NCBI RefSeq assembly: GCF_032444005.1
Contig: NC_091285.1
Location: forward strand, 482,360,001 to 482,424,000
Length of the DNA stretch: 64,000 nucleotides
Direction of reading: 5' to 3'
Source of the DNA: Ranitomeya imitator
Taxonomy: Eukaryota
Position numbers and translations under genes: made by a program. Shown piece by piece: positions 11,985 through 22,715 of the stretch; the first letter of the stretch is position 1, and each line of letters opens with the position of its first letter. The notes beneath the pieces are model-generated. The model was given only the letters and a program-made list of their open reading frames with translations. It searched no databases and was not told the DNA's origin.

Positions 11985-13770
11985 AAAGTAGCTCCCCTCA
12001 TAGAATATAATGTAGCCTTCCTCATAGAATATAATGCAGACCCTTCATAGGGTATAGTACAGCACCCCGCATAATATAATGCAACCCCCTCATAAGGTAT
12101 AATGCAGCCCCCCCCAGAATATAATGAGGCACCCTCAAATGGCATAATGAAGCCCCCCTCATATAGTATAATTGCAGCCCCTCCACAAAATATAATGTAG
12201 CCCCCTCAGAGTATAAGGCAACCCCCTCCTAAGGCAGCTCCCATAGAATATGGGAATAAAAGAGGTCTGGATACACATGATGAGAGCATTATACTGCCTC
12301 TGTACAAATCCCTAGTTAGAACGCACATGGAGTACTGTGTCCAGTTTTGGGCACCGGTGCTCAGGAAGGATATAATGGAACTAGAGGGAGTACAAAGGAG
12401 GGCAACAAAATTAATAAAGGGGATGGGAAATCTACAATACCCAGATAGATTAGCGAAATTAGGATTATTTAGTCTAGAAAAAAGACGACTGAGGGGTGAT
12501 CTAATAACCATGTATAAGTATATAAGGGGACAATACAAATATCTCACTGAGGATCTGTTTATACCAAGGAAGGTGACGGGCACAAGGGGGCATTCTTTGC
12601 ATCTTGAGGAGAGAAGGTTTTTCCACCAACATAGAAGAGGATTCTTTACTGTTAGGGCAGTGAGAATCTGGAATTGCTTGCCTGAGGAGGTGGTGATGGC
12701 GAACTCAGTCGAGGGGTTCAAGAGAGGCCTGGATGTCTTCCTGGAGCAGAACAATATTGTATCATACAATTATTAGGTTCTGTAGAAGGACGTAGATCTG
12801 GGTATTTATTATGATGGAATATAGGCTGAACTGGATGGACAAATGTCTTTTTTTGGCCTTACTAACTATGTTACTATGTTACTATGTTACTAATATACTG
12901 GAGCCCCCTCATAGGGCATAATGCAGCTCCCCTCATATAGTATGATGTAGCCCCCTGAGAGAATAATGCAGTCCCCTTCATATAATATAATGCAGCCTCT
13001 CCACAGAATATAATGTAGCCCCCTCAGAGTATAATGCAACCCCCTCATAAGGCAGCCCCCCATAGAATATACTGTAGCCCCCTCATAGGGCATAATGTAG
13101 CTCCCCTCATATAGTATGATGTAGCCCCCTAAGAGAATAATGCAGCCCCCCACAGAATTATAATGTAGCCCCCTTATAGGGTATAATGAAGCCCCCCTGA
13201 AAGGGAATAATGCAGCCCCCCTCCACCACCATCATTGTTCTCCCCCTCCACCCCCATCATTGTACTCATCACCACCTACATCATTGCCTCCTCGCCACCA
13301 CCATTGTCCTTTCCACCACTACGATCTTTGTCCTTTACACCACAACCATCATTGCTTTCTCCCCCACCACCCCATCATTGCCCATTCCAACACCTCCATC
13401 ATTGCCTCCCCCCACCACCATCATCATTGTCCTTTCCATCACAACCATCATTGCCTTCTCCCCCACCACCCCATCATTGCCCATTCCATCACCTCCATCA
13501 TTGCCTCCCCCACCACCATCATCATTGTCATTTCCACCACAACCATCATTGCCTTCTCCCCCACCACCCCATCATTGCCCATTCCACCACCTCCATCATT
13601 GCCTCCCCACCACCATCATCATTGCCTCCCCCACAACCATCATCATTGACTCCCCCACCACCATCATCATTGCCTCCCCCACCACCATCATCATTGTCTC
13701 CCCCACCACCATCATCATTGCCTCCCCCCACCACCATCATTGCTTTCTCCCCCATCACCCACATCACTGC
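11985..13770. repeat. Minisatellite blocks inside the hAT element (about 24-bp CAGCCCCCTCATAGAATATAATG units, then CCATCATCATTGCCTCCCCCA units)
   Basis: Visible tandem periodicity, interrupted by the CR1 at 12252-12891. Confidence 0.85.
12252..12891 (+). mobile_element. 5'-truncated CR1 LINE (ORF2 C-terminus, 3' UTR, microsatellite tail)
   Basis: ORF 12327-12776 has CR1 motifs EYCVQFWAP, LEGVQRRATK, LEKRRLRGDLI and TRGHSL; (CTATGTTA)n tail at 12866-12891; possible AATAT TSD. Confidence 0.93.
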
Positions 13771-14608
13771 CAATCTCTAATATCTCCAATAAACATACAA
13801 CACCACTATAACACATACAGCACCATACACAGACAACACCGCACCACTCTCTCACACACACAAAGCACCACACCACACTACATACACACACAGCCGCACA
13901 CACGCAGGCAGGCAGGCAGGCAGAGAGACACACACACAGCACCCACACACCTCTCCGCACGTTCCCAGCAGCCGCAGCACATCCCGGCAGCTTCCTCTCT
14001 GAAATAGCGGCGCTGAATGATGACGTCATCCAGCCACGCTGAGTCAGACAGGAAGTGCCGGGCAGGAAGGAGGACAGCGTCAGATCCCTGCAACTCCGCT
14101 CCGTTCCCAAGCTGCAGGGATCACAATCAGGGTTCGCCACTCTTTAGGAGCCCACATCTGGGGCCCTGATTCACCAGCATCAGCGTGCAGTGTTAGCCTC
14201 AGCCTGCAGCTAACGCTGCCCACTATTAAAGTGAAAAGACAATTCACTCTTCTCCATGCCCATGGGGGCGTGGGGAAGCGTGAATATTAATTTCTCTTTA
14301 GCAGCGGGGACAGGTTCCTGTCTCCAGCTGCTGCTCTCTGGCATCGGGAGGGCCCCCCTTGACTCAGGGGCCCCATAGCAGCTGGGTGTGCTGCTATTAG
14401 CAACATGCCACTGGCTGGGGGGCCCCTCGAGCAGTGAGGGCCCTAGGCAGCTACTGGCTAATATGCTAGCAGGTGTCAGTGCCTGGGCCCACCGGAGAAT
14501 TCTCCGGTGGGCCAGTACAACCCTGGACTCCATTGTAAATCCATAACTTAGAAGATTGTTGATTTTTCCTCCTTTCTTCTCTCCTAAAATTTAGCAGATG
14601 CCCTGTTA

Positions 14609-14901
14609 GGCTATGCGCCGGCGACGCAGCGGCGACGCAGCGGCGACGCGCCCCTATGTTTAACATAGGGGACGCGTGCGTTTTTAGGGTGGCGTTTTTC
14701 GACACTTGCGTCGTTTCCGACGCTAGCATCGGACGCAAGAAAATGCAACAAGTTGCATTTTCTGTGCGTCCGATTTTGGTCAAAAAACGACGCACGCGTC
14801 GCAAAACGCGCGCGTTTTTGCACGCGTTTGCGCGCGTTTTTTCGTGCGTCGCGCGTTGCGTCGCCGACGCAGGGCGGCGCAACGCTAGTGTGAACGTAGC
14901 C
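14609..14901. mobile_element. PIF/Harbinger (Tourist-like) MITE, left end partly deleted
   Basis: TTA at 14606-14608 and 14902-14904; right TIR GTGTGAACGTAGCC; palindromic CG-rich interior. Confidence 0.75.
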
Positions 14902-16043
14902 TTACATAATGCTGATAAATGATCATTTATTTATAACAAATTTGCTCAATGAAAAACGAGTGAAATCTCACTGATTTTACAATCCCTGCTCATGTTTACA
15001 TTTACTTTGAAAATTAAATGAAAAATTTTACTCGATGTTGATAATCGTTATTTGTAAAATGCTCTTAAACTAAACATGGTGACAGAAGTGATAATGTTCG
15101 TAATTTGTGGGGCTGTGCTCTTTGAATCTGAAATAATCACCTTCAGTCATAGATTAGGAATAATACAATGTATGCAGTAGTGTGAAAATGTGTTAGTCAG
15201 GTATAGAAATAATGCTGCAATGTAAGAATGCTGTGAAAAATAGAAGTGTTAATAGTTTATTTTTTATCAATGAACAAAATTTCAAAGTGAATGAACAAAA
15301 GGAAAATGTAAATCAAATAAATGTCTGATGTGACCACCCTTTGTCTTCAAATAGAATCGGCTCTTCTAGGTACACGTGCACACAACATTTGAAAAAACTC
15401 AGAAGAGACGTTGTTGCACAACATCTTGGAGACTAACCATATATCTTCTGTGGCTGTACGCCGGTAGAAAGCCTTCTGTCTCTTTATGTAATCCCAGACA
15501 AACTTGATGATGTTGAGATCAGAGCTCTGTGGGAACCATAGCATAACTTCCAGGACTCCTTGTTCTTCTTTACACAGAAAATAATTCTAATTGACAGTGA
15601 CTGTATGTCTGGAGTTATTGTCCAGATACCTCCTTGTAGGTAATACATGGTGGATAAGTATCTGCCCGTATTTCTCAGCATTTAGACACCATTTAGCCAG
15701 ACCAAATTCCTAACTCCAATTGTTGAAATGTAACCCCAAACTTGCAAGGAACCTCCACCATGCCTCACTGTTACCTGAATATGCATGTAAAGAAGCTGCG
15801 GAGACACCATCACGTGTTTCTCGACGCAAGCAGTGAATAGCCAGGCCTTTCCCCGGGAAGGAACAACCACGGGAAGGGCAGCATCCTATGAAGGAAAGCC
15901 ACCTATGCCAAGCATGGTATCCATTCACAGACAGCTGTTTCGGGGTAAAAACAGATGTTGGATGTTTTGGTCTCCCCGAGGCCAATCATCTGTGCCTTTA
16001 TAGCCTTTTTACTAGGCACTGCTCCTAATAGCCAGATTCCTAC

Positions 16044-16088
16044 TCCACACTGATGAGGGGCAAAAACCCCGAAACAGCTGTCTGTGGA
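16044..16088 (+). ncRNA. Type I hammerhead ribozyme, copy 1
   Basis: TCCACA CTGATGA GGGG caaaaa CCCC GAAA CAGCTG TC / TGTGGA: 6-bp helix I, canonical core, 4-bp helix II, short palindromic helix III (ACAGCTGT); predicted GUC cleavage after 16082. Confidence 0.93.
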
Positions 16089-16397
16089 TGGATACCATGC
16101 TTGGCATAGGTGGCTTTCCTTCATAGGATGCTGCCCTTCCCGTGGTTGTTCCTTCCCGGGGAAAGGCCTGGCTATTCACTGCTTGCGTCGAGAAACACGT
16201 GATGGTGTCTCCGCAGCTTCTTTACATGCATCTGCCTATTTCCCATAAGGGATGGGGGCAGTGTTCTGGAATCACTTACGTTGAGAAACACGTGATGGTG
16301 TCTCCGCGGTGTTGGATGTTTTGGTCTCCCCAAGGCCAATCATCTGTGCCTTTATAGCCTTTTTACTAGGCACTGCTCCTAATAGCCAGATTCCTAC

Positions 16398-16442
16398 TCC
16401 ACACTGATGAGGGGCAAAAACCCCGAAACAGCTGTCTGTGGA
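16398..16442 (+). ncRNA. Type I hammerhead ribozyme, copy 2
   Basis: Identical motif; predicted cleavage after 16436. Confidence 0.93.
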
Positions 16443-16750
16443 TGGATACCATGCTTGGCATAGGTGGCTTTCCTTCATAGGATGCTGCCCTTCCCGTGGT
16501 TGTTCCTTCCTGGGGAAAGGCCTGGCTATTCACTGCTTGCGTCGAGAAACATGTGATGGTGTCTCCGCAGCTTCTTTACATGCATCTGCATATTTCCCAC
16601 AAGGGATGGGGGCAGTGTTCTGGAATCGCTGCGTTGAGAAACACGTGATGGTGTCTCCGTGGTGTTGGATGTTTTGGTCTCCCCGAGGCCAATCATCTGT
16701 GCCTTTATAGCCTTTTTACTAGGCACTGCTCCTAATAGCCAGATTCCTAC

Positions 16751-16795
16751 TCCACACTGATGAGGGGCAAAAACCCCGAAACAGCTGTCTGTGGA
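16751..16795 (+). ncRNA. Type I hammerhead ribozyme, copy 3
   Basis: Identical motif; predicted cleavage after 16789. Confidence 0.93.
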
Positions 16796-17103
16796 TGGAT
16801 ACCATGCTTGGCATAGGTGGCTTTCCTTCATAGGATGCTGCCCTTCCCGTGGTTGTTCCTTCCCGGGGAAAGGCCTGGCTATTCACTGCTTGCGTCGAGA
16901 AACACGTGATGGTGTCTCCGCAGCTTCTTTACATGCATCTGCATATTTCCCATAAGGGATGGGGGCAGTGTTCTGGAATCACTGCGTTGAGAAACACGTG
17001 ATGGTGTCTCCGCGGTGTTGGATGTTTTGGTCTCCCCGAGGCCAATCATCTGTGCCTTTATAGCCTTTTTACTAGGCACTGCTCCTAATAGCCAGATTCC
17101 TAC

Positions 17104-17148
17104 TCCACACTGATGAGGGGCAAAAACCCCAAAACAGCTGTCTGTGGA
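17104..17148 (+). ncRNA. Type I hammerhead ribozyme, copy 4, with core mutation GAAA to AAAA
   Basis: CCCC AAAA CAGCTGTC at 17127-17142; G12 changed to A at 17131. Confidence 0.85.
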
Positions 17149-17456
17149 TGGATACCATGCTTGGCATAGGTGGCTTTCCTTCATAGGATGCTGCCCTTCC
17201 CGTGGTTGTTCCTTCCTGGGGAAAGGCCTGGCTATTCACTGCTTGCGTCGAGAAACATGTGATGGTGTCTCCGCAGCTTCTTTACATGCATCTGCATATT
17301 TCCCACAAGGGATGGGGGCAGTGTTCTGGAATCACTGCGTTGAGAAACACATGATGGTGTCTCCGCGGTGTTGGATGTTTTGGTCTCCCCGAGGCCAATC
17401 ATCTGTGCCTTTATAGCCTTTTTACTAGGCACTGCTCCTAATAGCCAGATTCCTAC

Positions 17457-17501
17457 TCCACACTGATGAGGGGCAAAAACCCCGAAACAGCTGTCTGTGG
17501 A
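17457..17501 (+). ncRNA. Type I hammerhead ribozyme, copy 5
   Basis: Identical canonical motif; predicted cleavage after 17495. Confidence 0.93.
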
Positions 17502-19742
17502 TGGATACCATGCTTGGCATAGGTGGCTTTCCTTCATAGGATGCTGCCCTTCCCGTGGTTGTTCCTTCCCGGGGAAAGGCCTGGCTATTCACTGCTTGCG
17601 TCGAGAAACACGTGATGGTGTCTCCGCAGCTTCTTTACATGCATCTGCATATTTCCCATAAGGGATGGGGGCAGTGTTCTGGAATCACTGCGTTGAGAAA
17701 CACGTGATGGTGTCTCTGCGGTGTTGGATGTTTTGGTCTCCCCGAGGCCAATCATCTGTGCCTTTATATCACTGTTACCTGAAGACACTCATTACTATAC
17801 TGCTCTCCTTCAGAAAAGAAACTGCCTTCCGTAACAGACAAATAATTTATATTTTAGTTCATCACCTCCTGCTATTTTTCTATATCCCAGTTACTATGTT
17901 TTCATGCATCGATGAGTCATTTGGCCTTGTTTCTTTGTCAAAGGTAAGGTTTTTTGGCTGAAATTCTTCCATGATGACTACTTCTTGTCAGACTTCTATG
18001 AACGGTAGATAGGTGTAGCTGGGTCCACTGGTTGCTGCCAGTTCTGAGCTGATGGCATTGCTGTACATCTTCCGATTTCGAAAGAGAGTAAGCATGATGT
18101 ATCTGTCATCTGCTGCACTACGTTTTCCTTGACCACTGCATCTATAGTTCTCAGTGTTGCCCATTTCTTTATGCTTATTCAAATGAGCTAAAACAGCAGA
18201 TAATGAAACCACAGTCTTCTTTGAATTCTTTGCATGGAAGATACATTGCTGATGCAGTATAACTACCTTGTGTCTTATTGCTGCCCTAAGTCTTGCCATG
18301 ATGTATGACCGGTGATATGAAACTGTCTTCCACAACTTCACTTTTGTACCAGAGTTTGGCTGCTCGGTCACTGTTTTAAGCCCTCTATCCAGTTGTTTCT
18401 GTATTAGATAATGTCAACCTACATATGAAAATGGTTATCATTATCACCTGTTAGCTATAATTGGTTACTCATATACCTGACAATAATCTTACAAAAATTC
18501 CTGACTGTGTGCAAGTGTACATGCAAGAATTGATGCTGTTTTGAAAGCAAAAAGTTCTCACACCAAATATTGATTTGATTTAGATTTCTATTTTGTTCAT
18601 TCACTCTGCATTTTGTTAATTGATAAAAACAAACTATTAACACTTCTATTTTTGAAAGCGTTCTTACTTTGCAGCATTTACTCTACACCAGCGTCGGACT
18701 GGAGCACCTTGGGCCCACCAGAGAAAATCATTCTTGGGGCCCACTATGTAGCTACATAGAAATAGATACAAGACCAACAATTGTGCGGTAAAAAGCGCTA
18801 ATATCAGGGTATAATATAAGGTAGTTCACGTCTTAATAATGTAGCAAGGGTTGGGGTAGCCCCCTCACAGAATATAATGTAGCCCCCTCATAAAATATAA
18901 TGCAGTCCCCTCTCATAGAATATAATGCAGCACCCCACAAAATATAATGCAACCCTCTCAGGTATGACACAGTCCCCACCATAGAATATAATGTAGCACC
19001 CCATAGGGTATAATGCAGCCCCCCCCCATATAGTGTAATGCCACCCACCACAGAATATAATGTAGTCCCCTGAGAGAATGCAGTTCCACCACAGAATATA
19101 ATGCAGCCCCCCCATAGAGTATACTGTAGCCCCCTCATATAATATGATGTAGCCCCCATAATATTATGTAGTCCCCTGAGAGAATAATGCAGCCCCACCA
19201 CAGAATATAATGCAGCCCCCCATAGAGTATACTGTAACCCCTCATAATATAATGTAGTACCTTGAGTATAATGCAGTCCCCCCACAGAATATAATGTAGC
19301 CCCCCAGGGCCGTATTTAGAGTTTCTGCTGCCCTAGGCACTTTTAGCTCTGCCTTCCCTTTTGGTGAGTATGACACTATCGGCAGTGACTTTGGCAAGAA
19401 TCGCTGATGTGAAAGTCGCCTTTTGCAGCAGATCGGGCAGTTTTTCTGCATCTGCCGCGTAACGGATCACTTACAGCAACACTGCGTTCGGCCTCATTCA
19501 TTCCCTATGAGATTTGCGGCACTTGCCGTGATCTGGCAAATGAGGTACCATACCTCCCAACTTTTGAAGGGAAGGAGGTATTAAGTTTGCGGCGCGCGTA
19601 GTGCGCCGCGGCAAATTTTAGGCCACGCCTCTGACCAGACCCATTTCACAACTAGTCACACCCATATCCACGTCCCAACCACAGCCATTTAGCACTGCTG
19701 ATCACACTGTTTTATATACAATAATTATAAGCAAACAAAAAT

Positions 19743-20240
19743 ATGGCCACACATGATGTTCCATCCTGTATAATGGCCACACATGATGCTCAATACTGTA
19801 TAACGGCCACCACACATGTTCCATACTGTATAATGACCGCACATGATGCTCCATACTGTATAACGGCCACACATGATGCTCCACACTATATAATGGCCAC
19901 ACATGATGCTCCATACTGTATAATGGCCACACATGATGCTCCATACTGTATAACGGCCACACATGATGCTCCATACTGTATAATGTCCATTGGCCACACA
20001 TGATGCTCCATACTGTATAACGGCCACACATCATGCTCCATACTGTATAATGGCCACACATGATGCTCCATACTGTATAATGGCCACACATGATGCTCCA
20101 TACTGTATAACGGCCACACATGATGCTCCATACTGTATAATGGCCACACATGATGCTCCATACTGTATAATGTCCATTGGCCACACATGATGCTCCATAC
20201 TGTATAACGGCCACACATGATGCTCAATACTGTATAATGA
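19743..20240. repeat. 30-bp minisatellite (GGCCACACATGATGCTCCATACTGTATAAT)
   Basis: About 16 near-identical tandem copies. Confidence 0.92.
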
Positions 20241-20244
20241 CCCC

Positions 20245-20930
20245 CCTCCTGTATGCATGGCTCATCTCCCTCCTATCCCATATACATAGCTCATATTACC
20301 CCCTCCTGTATGCATGACTCATATCTCCCCATGTATTCATGGCTCATATTCCCCCCCCCCTGAATTCATGGCTCATATTCCCCCTGTATGCATGGCTCAT
20401 ATTCCCCCTGTATGCATGGCTCATATTCCCCCTGTATGCATGGCTCATATTCCCCCTGTATGCATGGCTCATATTCCCCCTGTATTCATGGCTCATATTC
20501 CCCCTCCCCCTGTATGCATGGCTCATATCCCCCCCCCCCTGTTTGCATGGCTCATAGTCCCCCCTGTATGCATGGCTCATAGTCCCCCCTGTATGCATGG
20601 CTCATATTCCCCCCTGTATGCATGGCTCATATCCCCCCCCCTGTATGCATGGCTCATATTCCCCCCTGTATGCATGGCTCATAGTCCCCCCTGTATGCAT
20701 GGCTCATATTCCCCCCTGTATGCATGGCTCATATTCCCCCCTGTATGCATGGCTCATATTCCCCCCTGCATGGCTCATATATATTCCCCCCTGCATGGCT
20801 CATATACATTCCTCCCTGCATGGCTCATATACATTCCCCCCTGCATGGCTCATATACATTCCCCCCTGCATGGCTCATATACATTCCCCCCTGCATGGCT
20901 CATAAACATTCCCCCCTGCATGGCGGCTTA
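20245..20930. repeat. 24-bp minisatellite (CCCCCTGTATGCATGGCTCATATT)
   Basis: Tandem copies with variable C-run length. Confidence 0.92.
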
Positions 20931-21595
20931 TCTCTCTGCACCAGCACCCGCTCCTGCTCGGCGCGCCGGCTTATGTCCTCCATCCCCCCCGTCCCCCCGT
21001 CCCTCATACTCACCTGTCCCACTGCACGGCCGTGCCGACATCCCTCGCGCTCTGTCCCGACTCCAGGCGGCGGCGCCGGCGCAGCACCTTCTTCCTGCTT
21101 GAGCGGTCATGTGACACCGTTCATTAAGATCATGAATATGCGCATATTCATGATCTTAATGAGCGGTGTCACGTGACAGCTCGTTCAGGACGAGCTGCGC
21201 CTGCAGTGCAGACGCCGAGACCATCGCTGGAGCAGGCAGGGTGAGTATTCAAGGCGGGCGGCGGTGGGGGAGGGGGCCCTGGAGCGGGGGGAGGCCCTGG
21301 AGCGGGGGGAGGCCCTGCCAGCAGGTGTCAGTGCCAGGGCCCACCAGAGGATCCTCCGGTTCCCCGGTGGGCCAGTCCGAGCCTGCTCTACACCTCCCTA
21401 AAAGTTTAGCACAGTCCTGAATATTTTAGCTCATTTCATATACTCCTGAAACAGCTGAATAGTAGTGATGAGCAAACGTGCTCAGATAAGATGTTATTCA
21501 ACCATGCTCGGTTGCTAACAGAGTGACTTCGATGTCCTCAAAAAATATGCTCGAGTCCTCGCGGCTGCATATCTTTTGGCTGTTTGTTAGGCCGG

Positions 21596-22408
21596 TGTTG
21601 TGAATTCTGTGGCAGAGCTCCCTCCTGTGGTCACAAGTGGTACTTCGGCTGATTCTCTCTGTGAGCTTCCGTTAGTGGAGGAGAGTGGTACTGCGGCTTC
21701 TGAGTTTCCTTCCTCAGGTGATGTGGTGAAGTCGTTAGGTGCTGCTCTATTTAACTCCACCTGGTGCTTTGATCCTGGCCTCCAGTCAATGTTCTAGTAT
21801 TGGACCTGTTTCCTCCTGGATCGTTCCTGTGGCCTGCTGCTCTGCATAGCTAAGTTCTGCTTTGCTATTTTGTTTGCTGTTTTTTCTGTCCAGCTTGTCT
21901 ATTTGTTTTTCCTTGCTAGCTGGAAGCTCTGGGACGCAGAGGGTGTACCTCCGTGCCGTTAGTTCGGTACGGAGGGTCTTTTTGCCCCCTTTGCGTGGTT
22001 GTTTGTAGGGTTTTGTGTTGACCGCAAAGTTGCCTTTCCTATCCTCGCTCTGTTTAGTAAGTCGGGCCTCACTTTGCTAAATCTATTTAATCTCTACGTT
22101 TGTCTTTTCATCTAACTCACAGTCATTATATGTGGGGGCTGCCTTTTCCTTTGGGGTATTTCTCTGAGGCAAGGTAGGCTTATTTTCTATCTTCAGGCTA
22201 GCTAGTTTCTCAGGCTGTGCCGAGTTGCATAGGGAGCGTTAGGCGCAATCCACGGCTGCCTCTATTGTGGTTTGAGAGGATTAGGGATTGTGGTCAGCAG
22301 AGTTCTTACGTCTCAGAGCTCGTTCTATGTTTTTTGGGTTATTGTCAGATCACTGTATGTGCTCTGACTTTTATGTCCATTGTGGTACTGAATTATCTCA
22401 GCATAACA
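21596..22408. mobile_element. Solo LTR (813 bp) inserted in the TIR of a Harbinger MITE
   Basis: TGTTGTG...CATAACA termini; GGCCGG duplicated at 21590-21595 and 22409-22414; excision restores TTA-GGCCGGTTTCACATTTGCG. Confidence 0.85.
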
Positions 22409-22715
22409 GGCCGGTTTCACATTTGCGGTTGTGTCCGCAGCGTTTCTTCCACAATTATCCGCATGCATTGTGTTTTCCTATATTTAACATTAGGGATGCA
22501 TGTGTCTGCGATCGGTTGCGTTTTGCCGTGTTTGACGACGCATGCGTCATTTCGTCGTCTGCGGTTTGGAGCGGTAAACGCAGCATGTAGTAATTTTAGA
22601 GGCGTCAATTTGCCGCCTAGAAACGTATGCGGTTGTTAGCGCATGTATGTGTTGCAGCTGTTGAAAATCTGCGAGACATGCAGCCACGGGGACTAACCAT
22701 ATTAGAGGAACAAAG

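Larger units (their letters stand above)
10202..14525. mobile_element. Non-autonomous hAT element with minisatellite cargo, hosting a Tc1 and a CR1
   Basis: 8-bp TSD GACTCCAT at 10194-10201 and 14526-14533; imperfect TIR CAGCGTCGGACTGG / CCAGTACAACCCTG; left and right ends shared with the copy at 18689-21385. Confidence 0.88.
15780..17768 (+). mobile_element. Retrozyme/satellite-2-like insertion: about 5.1 tandem 353-bp units with hammerhead ribozymes plus a fold-back inverted arm
   Basis: Unit starts at 15956, 16310, 16663, 17016, 17369 and 17722; inverted partial copy 15780-15946; 15-bp TSD TCACTGTTACCTGAA at 15765-15779 and 17769-17783 inside Tc1 sequence. Confidence 0.9.
18689..21385. 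mobile_element. Non-autonomous hAT element with minisatellite cargo
   Basis: 8-bp TSD CTCTACAC at 18681-18688 and 21386-21393; TIR CAGCGTCGGACTGG / CCAGTCCGAGCCTG. Confidence 0.92.
15175..21419 (-). mobile_element. Old degenerate Tc1 hosting the ribozyme array and a hAT element
   Basis: Long TIRs at 15175-15320 and at 18560-18688 continuing 21394-21419; minus-strand remnants LQVWG and WFPQSSDLNII, plus an HTH-region remnant near 18000-18300. Confidence 0.8.

Noticed and set aside
13210-14140. Long Pro/His/Thr-rich ORFs
   Set aside because: Translations of low-complexity minisatellite open in several frames on both strands.
15903-17788. Repeated 68-101 aa ORFs (MKESHLCQAW..., MDGYHAWHRW...)
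   Set aside because: By-products of the 353-bp repeat, which is not a multiple of three. They have no recognisable domain; the functional signal is the RNA motif.
19702-21176. ORFs up to 262 aa with MAHIPP / CGHYTVWSIM repeats
   Set aside because: 30-bp and 24-bp repeats are multiples of three and lack stops, so open frames are expected by chance.
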